A DNA stretch of 64,000 bases, taken from assembly GCA_963755025.1 (NCBI GenBank), contig CAVWIH010000024.1, forward strand, positions 1 through 64,000, read 5' to 3'. This document shows, piece by piece, positions 29,801-39,529 of this stretch (the stretch's first letter is position 1; every line of letters begins with the position of its first letter). Both the position numbers and the translations under genes were made by a program. The notes beneath the pieces are model-generated. The model was not told where the DNA came from. It saw only the letters and a program-made list of their open reading frames with translations, and searched no databases. This DNA is from an uncultured Actinomycetes bacterium (GTDB taxonomy: Bacteria; Actinomycetota; Thermoleophilia; UBA2241).

Positions 29801-31620
29801 TCCTCGACCGCGCGCGGCCGCCGCCGCAGCACGAAGATGAGGACCACGATGATCACCACGACCACGGCCGCGGCGATGGCGGCGATCAGGCCGCCCCTGG
29901 CGCCGCCGGTCTTGGTGGCGGTCGCGTTCAGCGCCAGGTTCCGGTAGGTGTCGATGTTGTTGTAGTTGTAGATGGCTGCTCCCACGCCCGCCGGGGCCTT
30001 GGTCCAGCCCGTCAATCTGTTCGTGTTCCAGGCCTCGAGCTGGTAGGGGTAGGCCATGATCGCGTACGGCGAGGCGGTGTAGAAGATCTGCTGGGCCTGC
30101 TGCACGAGCGGGATGCGTTGCGCCTGGTCGATGGTCGTCGCGGCCTCGTTGGAGAGCTTGGTGTAGGCCGGGTCGGTCCACAGGCAGTCGTTCCAGCCGG
30201 AGCCGGTCGACTGGAGCGGCGTGTAGATGCTCACCATGAAGGCCGGGTCGACGTCTTGTGTCCAGTACCACATGAACATGTCCCAATCGGGCGTGTAGGT
30301 CTTGCCGGTGAACTCGTACTGCGCGCTGGTCAGCACGCCCGGGTCGACGATCGACAGATTGACCCTCACGCCGACGTCCTTGAACCACTGCACGGCGAGC
30401 TTGCCGGCCACTTCGTTGGCCGGCGAGTCGGTCGTGACCATGAGGCGCAACGTGAGCGGCTTACCCTGCTTGGTGGTGCGGTACCCGTCGGCGCCCTTCT
30501 TGTAGCCCGCGGCGTCGAGCATTTGATTGGCCTTGGCCGGGTCGTAGGTGAAGGCCGTGGCGGCCGGCGGCTGCCAATGGTAGGGCGAGTAAGGCACGAT
30601 CAGTGACGAGCCCGGCATGGCGTAGCCGTTGAACGCGGTCGAGACGATCTTGTTGCGGTCGATCGCGTAGTTCAGGGCCTGGCGGAAGACCTGGTCGCGC
30701 AGCACCGGGTTGCCCTTCGAGTTGGGGCTGGCGTAGCAGTTGAAGGCGAGCTCGGAGAACTGCCACGAGGCGGCCTTGCTGGTCTGGATGCCCTTCACCG
30801 TCGAGAGCGACTTGAACTCGGCGAACGGCACGTCGACGGCGGCGTCGATGTTGCCCAGCTTGAGGTCGCTCGCCATGGTGTCGGCGTTGGTGTAGGTGAG
30901 GATGTAGAGGTCGGAGATGTGCGGCGCGCCGCCCCAGTAGTTGGGATTGGCCTTGAGGTGGACGTACTTGCCGGTCTGCCAGCCGACGACCTGGAAGGGG
31001 CCGGTGCCCACGATCGGCGGCTTGTTCTGGAACGTAGAGGCAGCCGCCTTGCCCGAGATCTTCGACCAGATGTGCTGCGGCAGGATAGGCACCACCATGC
31101 GCAGCATGTTGGCCTTGGGCGCGTTGGTGTAGACCTCGACCGTGTTCGGGCCGGTGGCCTTGGCGCCGGTGATGCCGTCGGTGTAGACGGCCAGGTTGGA
31201 GAGGTCGTTCTTGACGATGTAGTTGAAGGTGAAGGCGACGTCGGCGGCCGTGAACGGCACGCCGTCCTGCCATTTGACGCCCTGGCGGGTGGTGAAGGTC
31301 CAGGTCTTGCCGTCGGGCGACACGCTCCACTTGGTGGCGAGCTCGGGGCGCGGCGCCAGCGTCTTGGCGTCGAAGCCCACGAGGAAGTCGTAGTTCAGGT
31401 GCCAGATCTGGTAGTCGAGCCCCTGGATGCCGATGAACGGGTTCAGGTTGTCGGGGTTCTGCAACTGGCCGATGCGCACGACGAGCGAGCCGCTCGACGG
31501 CGCCGCGCTGGGCGCCGAGCTCGAGACGGCAAAGGCGGTGCCGGCGGCGACCGCGCCGATCGCGACGACGGCTACGGCCAGACAGAGCAGGCGCACAAGG
31601 CGTGTGAGGGTCGGCGACAT
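29797..31620 (-). CDS. Family 5 (peptide/nickel-type) ABC solute-binding protein with C-terminal membrane anchor
   Basis: Signal peptide, SPDGKTWTF, KWQDG.PFTA.DV.FT, VGTGPF, RQALNYAIDR; C-terminal hydrophobic helix followed by RRRPR. Confidence 0.9.
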   Translation of the reverse strand: MSPTLTRLVRLLCLAVAVVAIGAVAAGTAFAVSSSAPSAAPSSGSLVVRIGQLQNPDNLNPFIGIQGLDYQIWHLNYDFLVGFDAKTLAPRPELATKWSVSPDGKTWTFTTRQGVKWQDGVPFTAADVAFTFNYIVKNDLSNLAVYTDGITGAKATGPNTVEVYTNAPKANMLRMVVPILPQHIWSKISGKAAASTFQNKPPIVGTGPFQVVGWQTGKYVHLKANPNYWGGAPHISDLYILTYTNADTMASDLKLGNIDAAVDVPFAEFKSLSTVKGIQTSKAASWQFSELAFNCYASPNSKGNPVLRDQVFRQALNYAIDRNKIVSTAFNGYAMPGSSLIVPYSPYHWQPPAATAFTYDPAKANQMLDAAGYKKGADGYRTTKQGKPLTLRLMVTTDSPANEVAGKLAVQWFKDVGVRVNLSIVDPGVLTSAQYEFTGKTYTPDWDMFMWYWTQDVDPAFMVSIYTPLQSTGSGWNDCLWTDPAYTKLSNEAATTIDQAQRIPLVQQAQQIFYTASPYAIMAYPYQLEAWNTNRLTGWTKAPAGVGAAIYNYNNIDTYRNLALNATATKTGGARGGLIAAIAAAVVVVIIVVLIFVLRRRPRAVEE

Positions 31621-31634
31621 GTTGACTCCTTTTG

Positions 31635-33070
31635 CTAGCTGCCGGGCGGTGCCTGCTCGACGATCTGGTCGAGTCGGCGTCGCAATGGTTGGTCGAGTGT
31701 GAAGGTCGGAGGGCTTGCGAGCAACTCCCGAGTGCGCCGCGCCACGCGCTGCTTGAGCGTGGTCGCGCCCTCGGCCTGCCAGCGTTTGTAGACCGACTGG
31801 TCGAGCAGGCTGGACTGGCGGAACGTGCGGTAGCGGCGGCGTGTCAGGGGGCGCGCCAGGTGATTGCCGCCGGGGCCGGCGAGCATGATCTCGTCGAGGG
31901 CCAGGGCCTCGTCGTCGAAGGGCAGTCGTTCGCCGAAGGCGCGGGCGTAGCCCACGAGCTCGTCGCCGAGCACGAGGTGCTCGTACGAGCTCTGCAGCCC
32001 CGACTCGAGGTAGCCGACGTCGTGGATGAGGGTGGCGCGGCAGAGCTCGCCGAGCACGGCGCCCATGGCCGCCTCGGCTGCGGCCTGCTCGTCGTCGAGC
32101 TTGCTGTCGGAGTCGCCCGCGTAGGCCCAGCTCGGCAGGCCGTACCAGCGCGCCAGGTCGATGCACGCCTGGTTGCCCAGGGCCACGCCCGGCGCCCGGT
32201 AGGGCTCGATCATGGTGCGCATGTTGAGCACGCCGACGCCGGCGCCGTACAGGAACGGCGCGCCGGGGTGGGCGAGCTGGTGCACGACGAGGCCGGCCAG
32301 TACCTCGGCGTTGGCCACCACGACGACCGCCGCCAGCGAGGCCGGCGCCGTGGTGCCGGCCGACGGCGACGGCGCCAGCACGGCCGGCACGTCGAGCTCG
32401 CCGCAGACGAGGAGCTTGTCGAGGCAGCCTTCGTCTAACTGCAGGGGCGGCGACGACATGGTAAGGCAGGCGAGGCTGCCGGCCCGGCCGCAGGCGGCCG
32501 CCATCTCGACCATCACACGCAGCGAGGCGCCGCCGAACGGGCTCGAGACGACGATCGGCTTGCGCGTGCCGGCCAGCATGGCGGCGAGCTGAGCCAGGTC
32601 GACGCGCTCGGGGTCGGCGTCGTCGGGCAGACCCATCGACATGACGAAGTCGATGTTGGGGAGGGCTTCGGCGAGCCGGGCGAAGGTCTCGACGTCGGCC
32701 AGACGGGCGCGCCGCCGGCCGTCGTGCTGGTCGGCCACGTACAGGCAGTCGGGCCCGGTGCCGTACCAGGAGAGGCCGTCGCTGAGCTCGCGGTCGAGGC
32801 TGCCGTCGGCGGCGCGACCGTGCAGCACGAAGCCGCGAGGCGCGCTCGCCACCGCCTGGTCGACCAGGTCGCGCGACAGGCGGGCGCGGGTGCCGGAGAC
32901 CTGCGCGCCCGCCCGGCGCAGCAGTTCGAGCGCCCGCGGGTGGCGCACCTCGACGCCGGTCTCGGCGAGCACCCGGCAGGTCGCGTCGTGCACCTTGCGG
33001 CAGGCCGCGTCGTGCCACACCCGCAGTTCGGCGCGCGGTTCGGCGCCCGGGTGTGGCGCCGCCGGGTCAC
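31635..33070 (-). CDS. MttB-superfamily methyltransferase (non-pyrrolysine), copy 4 (probable 1-nt indel just after start)
   Basis: YGTGPDC, IDFVMSMG, PGAPF.YG, SDSK, HDVGYLESG, GPGGNHL; GTG at 33070 overlaps the upstream stop but is out of frame. Confidence 0.9.
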
Positions 33071-34470
33071 GCTTCGCGCTCGCGCCCGGCGGCCTGCATG
33101 ATCTCGGCGACGTTCGCCAGCATCGCGGGGTCGGCCACGAAGGCGCGCGTGGCGCGCAGTTCGGCGACTCTGGCCTTGACCCTGTCGAGCATGGTCAGGC
33201 GCCCGCCCGCGTGCCAGCGGTCGTAGACCGAGTGGTCGAAGAGGTCGTCGTACCAGAAGTCGCGCGAGTGGGCGCGGGTGTACTTGCGAGCCAGAAAGTT
33301 GCCGCCCGGGCCGACCGCGGTGATCTCGCCGACGGCGAGCGCCTCGTCGGTGGTGGGCACGTCTGCCATGAAGGCCTTGGCCCAGCCGATGGCGGCGTTG
33401 CCGAAGACGATCGACTCGCACGAGCTCTGCAGGCCCGACTCGAGGTAGCCCACGTCGTGGATGAGCGTGCCGCGCGGCAGGGCGCCGGCCATGGCGGTGA
33501 GGCCGTACTCGAGGGCGAACTGCTCGTCGAGCGTCTTGGAATCGGACATGGAGGCGTAGTTGAAGCTGGGCAGTCCGTACCAGCGACAGAGGTCTTCTTG
33601 CGCGGCCTGACCGAGCGGGCTCTCGGGGGTGGTGTAGGCGTCGACCGCGGTGCGCATGTCCATGGCGCCCGTGCCCACGCCGAAGACAAAGGGCGCTCCG
33701 GAGCGGATCTGCTGGTGGTAGACGAGGCCGGCGAGCGTTTCGGCGTTGCCCACCACGGCGGTGCCGGCGATCGAGCGCGGCCCCGTGGAGCCGGCGTTGG
33801 GCGCCGCGGCCCAGATGATGGGCACTTCGTGCTCGGCGCAGGCGGCCAGCTTGGTGAGGCCGTCGCGGTCGTGCATGAGCGGCGGCGCCGGCATGGCGTA
33901 GATCATGAAGCTGTCGGGCGCGCCGGCGGCGGCGCACATGTCCTTGACGGCTTTGACGACGCCGCCGTTGCGCGTGGCCACCATGAGCGGCTTGCGCGTG
34001 CCGGCGAGCATGGCGGCCACGGCCGACAGGTCGTCGACGGCCAGCGGCGCGTCTTCGGGCAGGCCCATCGACATGACGAAGTCGAGGTGGGGCAGCTGCT
34101 CGGCGAGCGCCGCCATCTCTTCGATGTCGGCCATGCGCACGCGGCGACGCTCGCCCGAGTCGGGGTCGCGGTAGAACAGGCAGTCCGAGCCGGTGCCGAA
34201 CCAGGTGAGCCCGTTACGCAGTTCGAGGTCCTTGTCGCGGCCGCGCGACCGGACGGTCCACGTCCGGGGGGCGGAAGCTAGGGCCTTGTCGACGACGGCT
34301 GCGTCCAGTCGGACGCGCGTGCCGTCGACCCGGCCGCCGGCCGCGGCGAAGACCTCGAGGGCTGGTGGGTAGCGGACGTCGATGCCGGTCTCGGCCAGCA
34401 CCTGAAGCGTGGCTTGGTGAACGCGACGGCAGTCGTCGTCGCTCCAGACTACGATGCGGGCCGCTGACAT
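33067..34470 (-). CDS. MttB-superfamily methyltransferase (non-pyrrolysine), copy 5
   Basis: FGTGSDC, DFVMSMG, GAPFVFG, SDSK, HDVGYLESG, GPGGNFL; AAAGGGG RBS. Confidence 0.92.
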   Translation of the reverse strand: MSAARIVVWSDDDCRRVHQATLQVLAETGIDVRYPPALEVFAAAGGRVDGTRVRLDAAVVDKALASAPRTWTVRSRGRDKDLELRNGLTWFGTGSDCLFYRDPDSGERRRVRMADIEEMAALAEQLPHLDFVMSMGLPEDAPLAVDDLSAVAAMLAGTRKPLMVATRNGGVVKAVKDMCAAAGAPDSFMIYAMPAPPLMHDRDGLTKLAACAEHEVPIIWAAAPNAGSTGPRSIAGTAVVGNAETLAGLVYHQQIRSGAPFVFGVGTGAMDMRTAVDAYTTPESPLGQAAQEDLCRWYGLPSFNYASMSDSKTLDEQFALEYGLTAMAGALPRGTLIHDVGYLESGLQSSCESIVFGNAAIGWAKAFMADVPTTDEALAVGEITAVGPGGNFLARKYTRAHSRDFWYDDLFDHSVYDRWHAGGRLTMLDRVKARVAELRATRAFVADPAMLANVAEIMQAAGREREA

Positions 34471-34827
34471 CGGTTCCCCTTTCGTGGTGGCCCTTCGCTC
34501 GAGGGGCCTGAGGTGGACGAGCGTTGCCGCTGCGCGGACGGCTGACGCCCGAGTGCGGGGGGTGCTCGCCTGATCTTCGCTTTTCTGTGGCCGGCGGGCG
34601 GTGTGGCCGCGGGCCGCCCGGCAAGCGAAGGCGCTAAGGCGTAGGGACGAGGCGCGAGGGGCCGCGCTCGGAGAAGATCTTGAACCAGATGCCGCCGTTG
34701 AACTCGCCGTCGCAGGCGCTCGCCGCAGCGCGCGTGGTGGTGCGAACGATGTCTGCGCGAAGGTTCAGAATGCCGACCCCTGATAGCGACCGACGGACTA
34801 AGCCGGACGATGACCTTCCGAGGCCCC

Positions 34828-34856
34828 ATCTTCTTGGAGCGCCCGGGGAGTGTCAA
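34828..34856 (-). promoter_or_regulatory. Candidate sigma70-type promoter for the mttB-mttB-SBP-GNAT operon
   Basis: Minus strand TTGACA-17 nt-GAAGAT; -35 is consensus, -10 is weak. Confidence 0.4.
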
Positions 34857-34879
34857 GGGGCGCGGTCGCCGCGGAGGCG

Positions 34880-34966
34880 GCGGACGGGCTCCGCCGCCCG
34901 CCGGCGCGGCGCTCAGGCGGAGTAGCGGGCGGGCTCCGCCGCCCGCCGGGGCGGTGGCTCAGGCGG
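34880..34966. repeat. About 45-bp imperfect direct duplication including the ychF stop codon
   Basis: CGGGCTCCGCCGCCCGCCGG at 34885 and 34930; GCTCAGGCGG at 34911 and 34957. Confidence 0.8.
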
Positions 34967-36044
34967 TGTGGCGGAAGTTCATGACGTCGCCGTCGGCGAC
35001 CACGTAGGTGCGGCCTTCGATGCGCAGCACGCCCTTGTCGCGAGCGTGGGCGAACGAGCCCAGCTCGAGCAGGTCGACGATAGGCACGACCTCGGCGCGC
35101 ACGAACTTCTTCTGGATGTCGCCGTGGATGCGGCCGGCGGCCTGCCAGGCGGTCCAGCCGCGGGGCAGCTGCCAGGCGCGGCTCTCGCTCGACTTGAAGT
35201 CGCCGGTGAAGAAGGTGATGTAGCCCAGCGCCCGGTAACAGCCGGCGATGAGCTCGTCGACGCCGCCCGGCGGCACGCCGAGCTCGGCGCGAAACTCGGC
35301 CGCTTCGTCGGCCTCGAGCTCGGCGAGCTCGACCTCGAGCCGGGCGGCGAGCACGACGACCTCGTCGCCGCGCTCGGCGGCCCAAGCGGCGAGGCGCTCG
35401 CCGGCGTCGAGGTGCGACTCGTCGGTGTTCAAGACAAAGAGGACGGGCCTCTCGGTGACCAGGGCGAGGTCGCGCATGAGGGGCTCGTCGTCGTCGCCGC
35501 GCGCGATCTGGCAGGCGCGGCGGCCTTCGACCAGCTCGGCGGCGAAGCGGTCGAGGATGACCAGCTCCTTGCGCGCCTGGGCGTCGCCGGCGCGCGCCGC
35601 CTTGTTGGTCTTGTCGCGGCGGCGCTCGACCAGCTCGAGGTCGCTCAAAATGAGCTCGGTCTCGACGGCCTCGACGTCGGCGACAGGGTCGATGGCGGCG
35701 CGCGGAAAGGCGACCTCGGGGTTCTCGAAGGCGCGCACCACGTGGGCGACGGCGTCGACCTCGCGGATGTCGGACAGAAAGCGGCTGCCCAGGCCCTGGC
35801 CGTGCTCGCCGTCGCCCCCGCCCACGCCGGGAATGTCGACGACCTCGATGGTGGCGTGCACCTCGCGGGGCGTCTGCAGGACCTCGTTCAACCTGTCGAG
35901 GCGCGGGTCGGGCACGGCGACCACGCCGCGGTTGGCCTCGGCTGCGCTGAAGGCGTAGGCGGTGGCCAGGGCGCCGGCGTGGGTGAGAGCGTTGAACACC
36001 GTCGTCTTGCCGGCGTTGGGGAGTCCGACGATACCGAGCTTCAT
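34959..36044 (-). CDS. ychF: Ribosome-binding ATPase YchF
   Basis: GIVGLPNAGKTT, DIPG, GLGSRFL, ITFFT, AAGRIHGD, YVVADGDV TGS domain. Confidence 0.95.
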   Translation of the reverse strand: MKLGIVGLPNAGKTTVFNALTHAGALATAYAFSAAEANRGVVAVPDPRLDRLNEVLQTPREVHATIEVVDIPGVGGGDGEHGQGLGSRFLSDIREVDAVAHVVRAFENPEVAFPRAAIDPVADVEAVETELILSDLELVERRRDKTNKAARAGDAQARKELVILDRFAAELVEGRRACQIARGDDDEPLMRDLALVTERPVLFVLNTDESHLDAGERLAAWAAERGDEVVVLAARLEVELAELEADEAAEFRAELGVPPGGVDELIAGCYRALGYITFFTGDFKSSESRAWQLPRGWTAWQAAGRIHGDIQKKFVRAEVVPIVDLLELGSFAHARDKGVLRIEGRTYVVADGDVMNFRHTA

Positions 36045-36069
36045 GGGTGCATCCGATCCATCTAGCGAA

Positions 36070-36708
36070 CTATATCCTCACGAGGGCGATGTACGGCAGG
36101 CCGATGACCAGGCCCAGGCAGACGCCGGCCAGCACGTCGGCCAGAAAGTGGACCCGCAGGTAGACGCGACTCACGGCCAGCACCACGGCGAGGGCGGCGA
36201 AGGCCGGCCAGAGGCTGGGGTAGAGCGCGCTCATGGCCAGGGCGCCGACCGTGCTCATGCTGGCGTGCGACGAGGGAAACGACGGCGACAGCGGCAGCGG
36301 TATGTCGGCGCGGGCCGCCGAAGGGTCGCGCTGGGTCGGGCGCCGGCGGCGAAAGATGAGCTTGATGAGGAACGTGATCCACTCGGTGGCGAGCACCGCG
36401 GCGGCGGCGTAGGCGAAGCGCCGCCCCGAAAAACCAGCCGTGCCGGCGGCCGCGCCGACGGCGGCCAGCACGACCCAGACGACTCCGTAGTTGCCGGTGA
36501 GCGAGATCGCGCCCAGCGGCAGGGTGAGGTAGCGCGGGTGCGGCCAGCGCGTGCCGATGACGGCCGAGAGGGCCACGTCGCGCGCCTCGAGGCGCGCGAG
36601 CCACCCGGCGCGCGGCGGGCGCTGCGGGGCGTGGGGGCGTGCAGAGCCGGCGGCGGGTCGCCCCGGAGCGGCGGGGGGCCCCGCATCAGGTGTCGTACTG
36701 GTCGGCAT
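36070..36708 (-). CDS. PAP2-family phosphatase
   Basis: K....RRRP, SFPSSH, SRVYLRVHFLADV motifs and transmembrane helices. Confidence 0.88.
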   Translation of the reverse strand: MPTSTTPDAGPPAAPGRPAAGSARPHAPQRPPRAGWLARLEARDVALSAVIGTRWPHPRYLTLPLGAISLTGNYGVVWVVLAAVGAAAGTAGFSGRRFAYAAAAVLATEWITFLIKLIFRRRRPTQRDPSAARADIPLPLSPSFPSSHASMSTVGALAMSALYPSLWPAFAALAVVLAVSRVYLRVHFLADVLAGVCLGLVIGLPYIALVRI

Positions 36709-36769
36709 CGATAACCGCCTCCAGTATACTATCGGCCGTACTCGCCCCCGGCTCCGAGGCAAGGTCGCC

Positions 36770-37060
36770 ATGTCCGATCAACCACCCCGTACGAGCGTCA
36801 TCGTCACCGCTCTCGGCGCCGACAAGCACGGCCTGCTTGCGGCCGTCGCCACCACCATCGCCAACGCCAACGCCAACGTCGACGACGTCAGCCAGACCGT
36901 CACCGGCGGCATGTTCACCATGATCATGTTCGTCTCGTTCGCCACCGGCGAGACCACCATGGCGGCGCTACAGGAGGCGCTGGTCGAGACCGGCCTCAAG
37001 ACCGGCCTGCAGATCACCGTGCAGCACGAAGACATCTTCCGCTACATGCACCGCATCTAG
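36770..37060 (+). CDS. ACT-domain protein (UPF0237-type)
   Basis: VTALGADKHG, NVDDVSQT, FTMIM, QHEDIFRYMHRI. Confidence 0.9.
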   Translation: MSDQPPRTSVIVTALGADKHGLLAAVATTIANANANVDDVSQTVTGGMFTMIMFVSFATGETTMAALQEALVETGLKTGLQITVQHEDIFRYMHRI

Positions 37061-37071
37061 CGGCCGGCGCC

Positions 37072-38436
37072 ATGGTCTTCATCACAAACGAAGAGATCCT
37101 CGAGACCGTCCGCATGATCCAGGACGAGAACCTCGACGTGCGCGCCGTCACCATGGGCATCTCGCTAAACGACTGCGCCTCGCGCGACGTCGGCCGCGTC
37201 TGCCAGCGCGTGCACGACAAGATCGTCGCCCGGGCCGGCCGCCTGGTCTCGGTGGCCCTCGAGATCCAGGAGAAATACGGCGTCCCGATCGTCAATCGCC
37301 GGGTGTCGATCACGCCCATCGCGGGCGTCCTCGCGGCCGGCGGTCCCGAGGCGTTCGTGCAGGTCGCCCACGCGCTCGACGCGGCGGCGGCCGAGATCGG
37401 CATCGACTTCGTGGGCGGCTTCTCGGCGCTCGTGCAGAAGGGCTTCACCGCCCGCGACACGGCGCTCATCCAGGCCATCCCCCAAGCCATCGCCGAGACG
37501 CAGCGCGTGTGCTCGTCGGTCAACGTGGCCTCCACGCGCGCCGGCATCAACATGGACGCCGTCACGCGCATGGCCGACGTGCTGGTCGACGTCTCGCGGC
37601 GCACCGCCGACCGCGACTCCATCGGCGCCGCCAAGATCGTCATCTTCTGCAACGTCCCCGAGGACAGCCCCTTCATGGCCGGCGCCATGCACGGCAGCGG
37701 CGAGCCCGAGACGAGCATCAACGTGGGCATCTCGGGACCGGGCGTCATTCGCAACGTGGTGGCCCGCCACCCCGAGCTGCCCTTCACCGACCTGGCCGAC
37801 CTCATCAAGCGCACCACCTTCAAGATCACCCGGGTCGGCGAGCTCGTGGCGCGCGAGGCAGCCCAGATGCTCGACGCGCAGATGGGCATCATCGACCTCT
37901 CGCTCGCGCCCTCGCCGGCGATCGGCGACTCGGTGGCCGAGATCCTCGAGGCGATGGGACTGGCGCGCACCGGCGCGCCCGGCACCACGGCGGCGCTCGC
38001 CATGCTGAACGACGCCGTCAAGAAGGGTGGCCTCATGGCGACCTCGTCGACCGGAGGCCTCTCGGGCGCCTTCATCCCGGTGAGCGAAGACGCCGGCATG
38101 GTGCGCGCCGCCGCCGAAGGCGTGCTCAGCATCGAGAAGCTCGAAGCGATGACCGCGGTCTGCTCGCTCGGGCTCGACATGATCGTCGTGCCCGGCGACA
38201 CCACGCGCGACGCGCTGGCCGGCACCATCGCCGACGTCATGGCGATCGGCATGATCAACAACAAGACGACCGGCGCCCGCCTGATCCCCGCGGCCGGCAA
38301 GGCCGCCGGCGACTGGGTCGAGCTCGGCGGCCTCTTCGGGGCCGCCCCGGTCATGCCCCTGAGCCTGGCCGGCAACAGCGCCTTCATCGCTCGCGGCGGG
38401 CGCATTCCCGCGCCGCTGCAGAGCCTGAACAACTAG
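37072..38436 (+). CDS. UPF0210/DUF711 (PFL-like) protein
   Basis: ENLDVRAVTMGISL, FMAGAMHG, GGLSGAFIPVSED, EKLEAMTAVCS; canonical pairing with the ACT gene. Confidence 0.92.
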   Translation: MVFITNEEILETVRMIQDENLDVRAVTMGISLNDCASRDVGRVCQRVHDKIVARAGRLVSVALEIQEKYGVPIVNRRVSITPIAGVLAAGGPEAFVQVAHALDAAAAEIGIDFVGGFSALVQKGFTARDTALIQAIPQAIAETQRVCSSVNVASTRAGINMDAVTRMADVLVDVSRRTADRDSIGAAKIVIFCNVPEDSPFMAGAMHGSGEPETSINVGISGPGVIRNVVARHPELPFTDLADLIKRTTFKITRVGELVAREAAQMLDAQMGIIDLSLAPSPAIGDSVAEILEAMGLARTGAPGTTAALAMLNDAVKKGGLMATSSTGGLSGAFIPVSEDAGMVRAAAEGVLSIEKLEAMTAVCSLGLDMIVVPGDTTRDALAGTIADVMAIGMINNKTTGARLIPAAGKAAGDWVELGGLFGAAPVMPLSLAGNSAFIARGGRIPAPLQSLNN

Positions 38437-38450
38437 GCGGTCACGACAAA

Positions 38451-38489
38451 CGCGGCGGGCCGGGCGCCAAAGGCGCCCGGCCCGCCGCG
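38451..38489 (+). terminator. Strong GC hairpin after DUF711 gene
   Basis: CGCGGCGGGCCGGGCGCC-AAA-GGCGCCCGGCCCGCCGCG perfect 18-bp stem. Confidence 0.75.
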
Positions 38490-38525
38490 CTCTTGGTCCT
38501 TAGTCCTCTGCTCTCGTTCGAGCCT

Positions 38526-39518
38526 AGATGATTGATTCCACGCCCACAGCCTCAGGCGCAGTAGTCGACCAGGGCGCGGCTCGGCCGTCCCAGCCGGTGG
38601 TTGAGGCTGATGCAGACCGCCAGGCAGCAGAAGCGTTGCAGGATACGCTCGCGTAGCCCCGCCATGGTGCGTGCCCCGTGGCGCTCCAGGGTGAGCAGAT
38701 CCTTGGCCGTCCAGAAGATCGACTCGATGCGCTGGCGGATGGGCGCCAGGTACGGGCCGGCTGCGGTCTCGTCCTTGCGCGCAGGTCGCACCACAGCGAC
38801 GCCGCGCTCGGCGGCCCCGCGAGCGAACTCGCGCCCGGCGTAGCCCTTGTCGCACAGAAGGACCTCACCGCCGCGCGCCGCGCGTCGCAGCAGCTCGAGG
38901 GCCACCTCGCGTTCGCCGCGGGCGGGATCGGCGAGCGTAAAGGCCCGCGGGGTACCATCGGGAGCCACCAGCAGGTGGAGGCGAAAGCCCCAGAACCAGC
39001 GCGAGTGGGCGGCACAGTAGCCGTAGCCGGCGGCCTCGCCAAGCGCTGAGCGCTTGGCCGTCTCGCGGCTGGCGGCGCAGGGCAGCGGGGTCGAGTCGCA
39101 CAGCAGAAGGTCGTCCGTTAAAGCCCGGGCTTTTGCTGGCGAAGACGCCCGTGAGCCACTCGATCGTGTCGGCCAGACGGCGGCGGCGTTTGTGATAGCC
39201 GGCCTGGCGAGGCACGTCGGGGAACAGATGGACGAGGCGCTTGCGGGCCGTCGCCAGGAAGCGCCGGTCGGATGGGATCCCCATGATCGCCTGGGCCACG
39301 CAGAGGGTAACGACCTCGGCGTCGCTCACGCGGCGGCGGGCGTTACGCCGTGCCTCTGGCAGAAGATCGTCGGCTGTGCAATAAACCACGGTGCAGAGAG
39401 TGTCGAGGTCGGCGTCCATCGTGGCCTCCGGGCAGACGGTGACTTAGGGCACCGTCGGCTTCGGCCTCTCTGCTTCTACTTTCCTTGCCTGAGGCGAATC
39501 TCGTGGAATCAATCATCT
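38526..39518. mobile_element. IS982-family insertion sequence
   Basis: 17-bp perfect terminal inverted repeats AGATGATTGATTCCACG (38526) / CGTGGAATCAATCATCT (39502-39518) around a transposase. Confidence 0.9.
38552..39419 (-). CDS. IS982-family DDE transposase (frameshifted)
   Basis: MDADLDTL...SDAEVVTL, DSTP, GYCAAHSRWFWGFRLH, DKGY, RQRIES motifs in shifting frames. Confidence 0.85.
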
Positions 39519-39529
39519 GGGGGCGCGGC

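Noticed and set aside
29797-33018. 1073-aa and similar apparent giant fusion ORFs (also 55684-58530 and 23074-25206)
   Set aside because: Artefacts of stop-free upstream frames; the real genes start at internal starts (31620, 57090, about 24453)
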